A stretch of 64,000 bases of DNA from Rhizophagus irregularis. Its lineage: Eukaryota. This document shows, in pieces, positions 42,850-53,500 of this stretch. A program made the position numbers and the translations under genes. Where the stretch lies: contig NC_089430.1 of NCBI RefSeq assembly GCF_026210795.1, positions 1,302,001-1,366,000 on the forward strand, read 5' to 3'. Under the pieces are notes generated by a model. It worked only from the letters and a program-made list of their open reading frames with translations. It was not told the DNA's origin and did no database searches. Numbering within the stretch: position 1 is the first letter of the stretch; every line of letters starts with the position of its first letter.

Positions 42850-43500
42850 TAAGAAATAAATAGTGATAAAAAAAAGAAAAATTGCAATGATAAAATGAGA
42901 AAAATGCCAATAAAAAGCAAAAAAGGAAATAAGAAGATATAACGTTAATAATAGTGAAAGAAAAAAAGGAAACAAAAAGAAATGATGTGGATGGGATGAA
43001 AAGAAAAGTAATGAAAAAAAGTGTAAAAAGGATAAAAGGAAGTGTAAAAAGATGATAAGGTGAAAGGAAAGTGAAAGGGAAATAAAAAAGAAGTGAAAAG
43101 GGTGATAGAAGATGAAAAAAAAGTGAGAAAGAAAATAGTAAACAAAAAGGAAGGATGATAGGAGACGAAAAAGAAGTAAAAAGGATGATGATGAACAAAG
43201 GGAAGTGAGAAGGAAGTGTAAAGGGTGATAGGGGAAGAAAAGTAAGAGAGAATAATAATGAAAAATAAAAAAAATAAAGGATGATGGAGAATAAAAAAGA
43301 AGTAAAAAGGAGAAGGAAATAAAAAAATAAAGGGCAAAAAAGAAGTGAAAAGAATGATAGAAGACGAAAAAAAGTGAAGAAAAAACAATCAAGAACACCA
43401 CTCATAAAAAAAGGAATAAAGAAAAGACTGATTAGTATTATTTCAAAATAAAGTGAAAAAGTAATAAAAGCAAGAAACATATAAAAAGTAATAAAACAAG
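42850..43500. repeat. Purine-rich (A/G) low-complexity tract
   Basis: Nearly C-free A/G tract that generates F/L/S-rich spurious ORFs in all three minus frames. Confidence 0.8.
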
Positions 43501-43590
43501 AAAGAAATACCTCAAATAAAAAGAAGCCATCCCATTATTTCAGGAAAAAAATAAAGTTAGCGTTAGTAATAAAGTAAAGAGTAATTAAAT

Positions 43591-43984
43591 TAGAGGTTGG
43601 AACTGGTTAAGCTTAACCGGTTAATTAACCGGTTAAAATGCTGAAAATATTTGTAATTCTGGCCAAATTTACAGTGCCGGCCAGAATTATAAATCACGGG
43701 ACTTCGGAAAAAAGTTTAGCCACTAGGTAAGATATCAACGGACCATTCGGACCAAGTGGTGAAATTTTTGTGTTATATAAAATTCATAATGCGGGTCGAA
43801 ATCCATAGTGCCGGCCAGAAATTTTGGCCTGAATTTCGTCTTTCAGCTAGAGTTTCGTTTCGATAGTTAGAGTTTTGGTCTGGCCTAATTTTGGCCGGGA
43901 TTAAAAAATATATTTGATGCTAATCCTGGCCGAATTTTAATGCGGACTAGGATCGAGTTTTAACCGGTTAATTAACCGGTTAAG
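43591..43984. mobile_element. MITE-like remnant with palindromic inverted ends
   Basis: CTTAACCGGTTAATTAACCGGTTAAAA at 43612-43638 and its reverse complement ending at 43984; internal GCCGGCCAGAA repeats; no TSD identified. Confidence 0.55.
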
Positions 43985-44553
43985 ATTTTAAGACTTTTTT
44001 AAATACAACAAAATAATGGAAAAACCAAAAAAATAAAGTCATATTCAAGTCGAAATAGCACTGCAATAAAAAAAAACAAACATTTATCAAATGACGCGAT
44101 GATCATGTTTGTGTAGCAAATCAGAAAATATTAAATTTATTACATAATCAGGGGTCGCCAATTACATTTTAATATAAAAAAAAAATAAAAATTTGAATTT
44201 GTAATTTACGTAATTTACTGACCTGACCAGAATATGAAAACTGAATTTATAACTTCGTATTGCCTTACGTATTAAGAAATTTTTTTTGTTTTATTTGTTT
44301 TATGAATTTTGCTGTGCAACAATGTGGCTTGATGACTTTGATAATTGACATACGTTTTAGACATATATGCAAAATTTGTTTGTTATACATACTTGTACTT
44401 ATGATCAATGCTTTTGAGCATAATGCATTTTGCATAAATATTATTACCATATATACCTATACTAATAAAGGCGTTTAATAATAAAATAAAGAAAACAAAG
44501 ATATTTACATTATCTTTTCCAGTCAGAAAGAATTTTAATATAATTATATAGTA

Positions 44554-47500
44554 ATGGCTTATAGAGGTAATAATCATATATAATATAAACATTTAATACA
44601 GTTAGAATTCTAATATTTTTAAATAAATTTACAATATAATAAAACTGGTTTTTGGCAATATTGAATTTGAAGGAAGCAGTTCTGAAGAATTTGAAGGAGT
44701 TGGCTCTGAAGAATTTGAAGGAAGTAGCTCTGAGGAATTTGAGGAATCTAAAGGTATATTAAACATGCTAAAATACTAAATTTTTATTTGTAAATACATT
44801 TAAATATTATCTATAATTATACCTTATATAATATACAAATATAGCTCGTAAGTTAATAGGTTATCTTATAATTGAATAATGATAAATTACTCATCATTTT
44901 TATTACTTCATGTAATTAAATAATTCATTTAATGATTAATAATACTATAGTCAGTAAGTTATTAGTTATTTAAATTTTTAATTCTTTACTTTGTTTATTC
45001 TACATAATATTCAAATAACTAAATTTTTTATTTATAATTATTAATAATTAATTGTATTACAGATGGTAAGTTACAATATAATATTTATTTTGCTTAATAT
45101 TTTATATAACTCAACTAATTATATTCTTAATTTAAACAACTAGATTGTAAGTGATATATTTAATTTACAGTAAATATTTTTATATTATATTTATATTTAA
45201 CTAATAATTAATTATAATACTAGGGCGTAAGTTATAGATGTCTATATATCTATTATATCTATTATTTATATATTTTAAACTAACCAAATTCATTATTTAA
45301 AAAAATTATTTTGTAATTTATTTTAGTTCGTAAGTTATAAGTTATTTATTTAATTCTATTATTACTTATTGTTACATACAATATTTACATATATATTATA
45401 TAATTTAAACTAACTAAATTCTTTATTTGAAAATTATTTAATAATATAGGGAGTAAGTTATTTATTTAATTCTATTATTACTTATTATTATAATATTACA
45501 TATAATCTAAACTAATTAAATTCTTTATTTAAAAAATTATTTAATAATATAGAGAGTAAGTTATTTATTTAATTCTATTATTACTTATTGTTATAATATT
45601 TGCATATAATTTAAACTAACTAAATTCTTTATTTAAATAATTATTTTGTAATTTATTTTAGTTCGTAAGTTATAAGTTATTTATTTAATTCTATTATTAC
45701 TTATTGTTATTACATATAATTTAAACTAGTAATTAAATTCTTTATTTGAAAATTATTTAATAATATACTAGGGAGTAAGTTATTTATTTAATTCTATTAT
45801 TACTTATTATTATAATATTTACACATAATTTGAACTAATTAAATTCTTTATTAAAAAAATTATTTAATAATATAGAGAGTAAGTTATTTATTTAATTATA
45901 TTATTAGTACTTATTGCTATAATATTTACATATAATTTAAATTAACTAAATTTTTTATTTAAAAAATTATTTTTGTAATTTATTTTAGTTCGTAAGTTAT
46001 AAGTTATTTATTTAATTCTATTATTACTTATTGTTATAATATTTACATATAATTTAAATTAACTAAATTCTTTATTTATAAAATTATTTTATACATAGAT
46101 GGTAAGATTACACCACAACTAATGTAGGATGTCAGGAAAATAGATGTCAGGATTTTGTCTGACATTGATTTATTCAATTCTATCATTACTTATTGTTACG
46201 TTACAATACTTACATATAATTTAAACTAATTAATTCTTTATTTATAAATTATTTTATAGATGGTAAGTTATTTATTTAATTACTTATTGTTATAATATTT
46301 ACATATAATTTAAATTAACTAAATTCTTTATTTAAATAGATCGTAAGTTATAAGTTATTTATTTAATTCTATTTTACTTATTGTTATAATATTTACATAT
46401 TTAAACTAATTAATTATTTTGTAATTTCTTTTATTTCTTTTAGTTGGTAAGTTATAAGTTATTTATTTAATTCTATTATTACTTATTGTTATAATATTTA
46501 CATATAATTTAAACTAACTAAATTCTTTATTTATAAAATTATTTTATAGATGGTAAGTTATTTATTTAATTCTATTATTACTTGTTGTTATAATACTTAC
46601 ATATAATTTAAACTAACTAAATTCTTTATTTAAAAATTATTTAATAATATAGAGCGTAAGTTATTTATTTAATTCTATTATTACTTGTTGTTATAATATT
46701 TACATATAATTTAAACTAACTAAATTCTTTATTATTATTTTGTAATTTACTTTAGTTCGTAAGTTATAAATTATTTATTTAATTCTATTATTACTTATTG
46801 TTATAATATTTATATATAGTAATATAAACTAACTAAGTTCTTTATTTAAAAATTATTTAACAATATAGGGAGTAAGTTATTTATTTAATTCTATTATTGT
46901 TTATTGTTATAATATTTACATATAATTTAAACTAACTAAATTCTTTATTTAAAATAATTTTTTTAGTTGGTAAGTTATAAGTTATTTATTTTAGCTCTAT
47001 TATTACTTATTGTTATAACACTTACATATAATTTAAACTAACTAAATTCTTTATTTAAATAGATTGTAAGTTATAAGTAATTTATTTAATTCTATTATTA
47101 TTTATTGTTACAATATTTACATATAATTTGAACTAACTAAATTCTTTATTATTATTTTGTAATTTACTTAAGTTCGTAAGTTATAAGTTATTTATTTAAT
47201 TCTATTATTACTTATTGCTATAATATTTGCATATAGTATTTTAAACTAACTAAGTTCTTTATTTAAAAATTATAGGGTGTAAGTTATTTATTTAATTCTA
47301 CTATTATTTATTGTTATAATATTTACATATAATTTAAACTAAATAAATTCTTTATTTTAAAAAATTATTTATAGATGGTAAGTTATTTATTCAATTCTAT
47401 TATTACTTATTATTATAATATTTACATATAATTTAAATTAAATAAATTCTTTATTTTAAAAAATTATTTATAGATGGTAAGTTATTTATTTAATTCTATT

Positions 47501-50500
47501 ATTACTTATTATTATAGTATTTATATATAATTTAAACTAAAAAAATTCTTTATTTAAAATTATTTAATGATATAGATTGTAAGTTATTTATTTAATTCTA
47601 TTATTATTTATTGTTATAATATTTACATATAATCTAAACTCTTTATTTAAAAAATTATTTATAGATGGTAGCCTATTTATTTAATTCTACTATTACTTAT
47701 TGTTATAATATTTACGTATAATCTAAACTAACTAAATTTTTGATTCAAAAATTATTTATAGATGGTAAGTTATTTATTTAATTCTATTAGGTGCTGTCAG
47801 ATATTACCTAATATTTTAGGGGAGGGGGTAACTAAAGATCTTAGGTTACATACAAGACTATATAAGCAATTGTATATATAACATATCTTACCTAGGGGAG
47901 GGGGGTAAGCTCTTATATTAAAGTGATATTAGGTAATATCTGACATCTGACAGTGCCTTATTACTTATGTTATAATATTTATTATATTTACATATAATTT
48001 AAACCTAACTAATTCTTTACTTATAAAATTATTTTGTAATTTTTTTTTAGTTGGTAAGTTATAAGTTATTTATTTAATCTATTATTAATTGTTATAATAT
48101 TTACATATAATTTAAACTAAATAAATTCATTATTTTTATAGATGGTAAGTTATTTAATTAATTCTATTATTACTTATTGTTATAATATTTACATATAATT
48201 TAAACTAACTAAATTCTTTATTTAAAAAATTATTTAATAATACAGAGTGTAAGTTATTTATTTAATTCTATTATTATTTATTGTTGTAATATTTACATAT
48301 AATTTAAACTAACTAAATTCTTTATTTAAAAAAATTATTTATAGATGGTATGCTATTTATTTAATTCTATTGTTACTTATTATTATAATATTTACATATA
48401 ATTTAAACTAACACTTATAAAATTATTTAATAATATAGAGAGTAAGTTATTTATTTAATTCTATTATTACTTATTTATATAATATTTATATATATGTTAA
48501 ACTAATAAATTCTTTATTTAAAAAATTATTTAATAATATAGAGAGTAAGTTATTTATTTAATTCTATTATTACTTATTGTTATAATATTTGCATATAATT
48601 TAAACTAACTAAATTCTTTATTTAAATGATTATTTTGTAATTTATTTTAGTTCGTAAGTTATAAGTTATTTATTTAATTCTATTATTACTTATTGTTATT
48701 ACATATAATTTAAACTAATTAAATTCTTTATTTGAAAATTATTTAATAATATAGGGAGTAAGTTATTTATTTATTAATTCTATTATTACTTATAATTTTT
48801 ACATATAATTTAAGCTAACTGAATTCTTTTATTTAAAAAATTATTTAATAATATAGAGAGTAAGTTATTTATTTAATTCTATTATTACTTATTGGTATAA
48901 TATTTACATTTAATTTAAACTAACTAAATTCCTTATTTAAAAAAATTATTTAATAATATAGAGAGTAAGTTATTTATTTAATTCTAATATTACTTATTGT
49001 TATAATATTTGCATATAATTCAAACTAACTAAATTTTTGATTTAAAAATTATTTAATAATATAGGGAGTAAGTTATTTATTTAATTCTATTATTATTTAT
49101 TGTTATAATATTTACATATTATTTAAACTACAACTAAATTCTTTATTTAAAAAATTATTTTGTAATTTCTTTTAGTTGGTAAGTTATAAGTTATTTATTT
49201 AATTCTATTATTACTTATTGTTATAATATTTACATATAATCTAAACTAACTAAATTCTTTATTTAAGTAGATTGTAAGTTATAGTTATTTATTTAATTCT
49301 ATTATTACTTATTGTTATAATATTTGCACATAATTCAAACTAACTAAATTTTTAATTTAAAAATTATTTAATAATATAGGGAGTAAATTATTTATAAAAT
49401 TCTATTATTACTTATTGTTATAATATTTACATATGATTTAAACTAACTAAATTCTTTATTTAAAAAATTATTTTATAGATAGTAAGTTAGTTATTTAATT
49501 CTATTAGGTGCTGTCAGATATTACCTAATATTTTAGGGGGAGGGGGTAATTAAAGATCTTAGGTTACATACAAGACTATATAAGGAATTGTATATATAAC
49601 ATATTTTACTTAGGAGAGGGGGTAAGCTCTTATATTAAAGTGATATTCGGTAATATCTGACAGTGCTCTTATTACTTATTGTTATAATATTTACATATGA
49701 TTTAAACTAACTAAATCTTTTTTTAAAAAATTATTTTATAGATAGTAAATTATTTATTTAATTCTATTATTACTTGTTGTTATAATATTTTTATATAATT
49801 TAAACTAACTAAACTCTTTATTTAAATAGATCGTAAGTTATAAGTTATTTATTTAATTTATAATTTAAACTAACTAAATTCTTTATTTAAATAATTCTTT
49901 AATAATATAGGAAGTAAGTTATTTATTTAATCTTATTATTACTCATTGTCATAATATTTGCATATAATTTAAACTAACTAAATTCTTTATTTAAAAAATT
50001 ATTTAACAATACAGAGTGTAAGTTATTTATTTAATTCTATTATTACTTATTGTCATAATATTTGCATATAATTTAAACTAACTAAATTCTTTTAAAAAAT
50101 TATTTTGTAATGTTCTTTAGTTGGTAAGTTATTTATTTAATTCTATTGTTATTTATTGTTGTGATATTTACATATAATTTAAACTAACTAAATTCTTTAT
50201 TTAATAAATTATTTTTTAGATAGTAAGTTATTTATTTAATTCTATTATTACTTATTGTTATAATATTTACATATAATTTAAACTAAATAATTTCTTTATT
50301 TAAAAAATCATTTTGTAATTTCTTTTAGTTAGTAAGTTATAAGTTATTTATTTAATTCTGCTATTATATTTGTTATAATATTTACATATAATTTAAACTA
50401 ACTAAATTCTTTATTTAAAAATTATTTAATAATATAGAAAGTAAGTTATTTATTTATTAATTCTATTATTACTTATAATTTTTACATATAATTTAAGCTA

Positions 50501-53500
50501 ACTGAATTCTTTTATTTAAAAAATTATTTAATAATATAGAGAGTAAGTTATTTATTTAATTCTATTATTACTTATTGGTATAATATTTACATTTAATTTA
50601 AACTAACTAAATTCCTTATTTAAAAAAATTATTTAATAATATAGAGAGTAAGTTATTTATTTAATTCTAATATTACTTATTGTTATAATATTTGCATATA
50701 ATTCAAACTAACTAAATTTTTGATTTAAAAATTATTTAATAATATAGGGAGTAAGTTATTTATTTAATTCTATTATTATTTATTGTTATAATATTTACAT
50801 ATTATTTAAACTACAACTAAATTCTTTATTTAAAAAATTATTTTGTAATTTCTTTTAGTTGGTAAGTTATAAGTTATTTATTTAATTCTATTATTACTTA
50901 TTGTTATAATATTTACATATAATCTAAACTAACTAAATTCTTTATTTAAGTAGATTGTAAGTTATAGTTATTTATTTAATTCTATTATTACTTATTGTTA
51001 TAATATTTGCACATAATTCAAACTAACTAAATTTTTAATTTAAAAATTATTTAATAATATAGGGAGTAAATTATTTATAAAATTCTATTATTACTTATTG
51101 TTATAATATTTACATATGATTTAAACTAACTAAATTCTTTATTTAAAAAATTATTTTATAGATAGTAAGTTAGTTATTTAATTCTATTAGGTGCTGTCAG
51201 ATATTACCTAATATTTTAGGGGGAGGGGGTAATTAAAGATCTTAGGTTACATACAAGACTATATAAGGAATTGTATATATAACATATTTTACTTAGGAGA
51301 GGGGGGTAAGCTCTTATATTAAAGTGATATTCGGTAATATCTGACAGTGCTCTTATTACTTATTGTTATAATATTTACATATGATTTAAACTAACTAAAT
51401 CTTTTTTTAAAAAATTATTTTATAGATAGTAAATTATTTATTTAATTCTATTATTACTTGTTGTTATAATATTTTTATATAATTTAAACTAACTAAACTC
51501 TTTATTTAAATAGATCGTAAGTTATAAGTTATTTATTTAATTTATAATTTAAACTAACTAAATTCTTTATTTAAATAATTCTTTAATAATATAGGAAGTA
51601 AGTTATTTATTTAATCTTATTATTACTCATTGTCATAATATTTGCATATAATTTAAACTAACTAAATTCTTTATTTAAAAAATTATTTAACAATACAGAG
51701 TGTAAGTTATTTATTTAATTCTATTATTACTTATTGTCATAATATTTGCATATAATTTAAACTAACTAAATTCTTTTAAAAAATTATTTTGTAATGTTCT
51801 TTAGTTGGTAAGTTATTTATTTAATTCTATTGTTATTTATTGTTGTGATATTTACATATAATTTAAACTAACTAAATTCTTTATTTAATAAATTATTTTT
51901 TAGATAGTAAGTTATTTATTTAATTCTATTATTACTTATTGTTATAATATTTACATATAATTTAAACTAAATAATTTCTTTATTTAAAAAATCATTTTGT
52001 AATTTCTTTTAGTTAGTAAGTTATAAGTTATTTATTTAATTCTGCTATTATATTTGTTATAATATTTACATATAATTTAAACTAACTAAATTCTTTATTT
52101 AAAAATTATTTAATAATATAGAAAGTAAGTTATTTATTTATTAATTCTATTATTACTTATAATTTTTACATATAATTTAAGCTAACTGAATTCTTTTATT
52201 TAAAAAATTATTTAATAATATAGAGAGTAAGTTATTTATTTAATTCTATTATTACTTATTGGTATAATATTTACATTTAATTTAAACTAACTAAATTCCT
52301 TATTTAAAAAAATTATTTAATAATATAGAGAGTAAGTTATTTATTTAATTCTATTATTACTTATTATCATAATATTTGCATATAATTTAATCAAACTTAA
52401 TTATTTATTTAAAAATCATTTTATAATTTCTTTTAGTTGGTAAGCTATAAGTTATTTATTTAATTCTATTATAACTTATTTTCATAATATTTACATATAA
52501 TTTAAACTAACTAAATTCTTTATTTAAAAATACAGAGAGTAAGTTATTTACTTAATTCTATTATTACTTATTTTATAATATTTGCATATAATTTTAAACT
52601 AACTAAATTCTTTATTTAAAAAATTATTTTAATAATATAGAGAGTAAGTTATTTATTTAATTCTATTATTATTTATTGTTATAATATTTACATAAAATTT
52701 AAATTAACTAAATTCTTTATTTAAAAAAATATAGATGGTAGGTTATTTATTTAATTCTATTATTACTTTATTTACATATAATTTAAACTAATTAAATTCT
52801 TTATTTAAAAAATTATTTAATAATGTACTAGAAAGTAAGTTATTTATTTAATTCTATTATTATTTAATGTTATAATATTTACATATTATTTAAACTACTA
52901 ACTAAACACTTTATTTAAAAATTATTTTGTAATTTCTTTTAGTTGGTAAGTTATTTATTTAATTCTATTGTTGCTTATTGTTATAATACTTACATATAAT
53001 TCAAATTAACTAAATTTTTTATTTAAAAAATTATTTTGTAATTTCTTTTAGTTAGTAAGTTATAAGTTATTTATTTAATTCTATTATTACTTATTGTTAT
53101 AATATTACATATGATTTAAACTAACTAAATTCTTTATTTAAAAAATTATTTTGTAATTTCTTTTAGTTGGTAAGTTATAAGTTATTTATTTAATTCTATT
53201 ATTACTTATTGTTATAATATTTACATATTATTTATTAAACTATTAACTAAATTCTTTATTTATAAAATTATTTTATAGAGAGTAAGTTACTTATTTAATT
53301 CTATTATTACTTAATGTTATAATACTTACATATAATTTAAACTAACTAAATTTTTTGTTAAATAAATTATTTTTTAGATAGTAAGTTATTTATTTAATTC
53401 TATTATTACTTATTTTTATAATATTTACATATAATTTAAACTAACTAAATTATTTATCTATAAAATTATTTAATAATATAGCTTGTAAGTTATTTGTTTT

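Noticed and set aside
42785..43480. Three overlapping F/L-rich minus-strand ORFs resembling membrane proteins
   Set aside because: Artefact of a purine-rich low-complexity tract that is open in all three frames.
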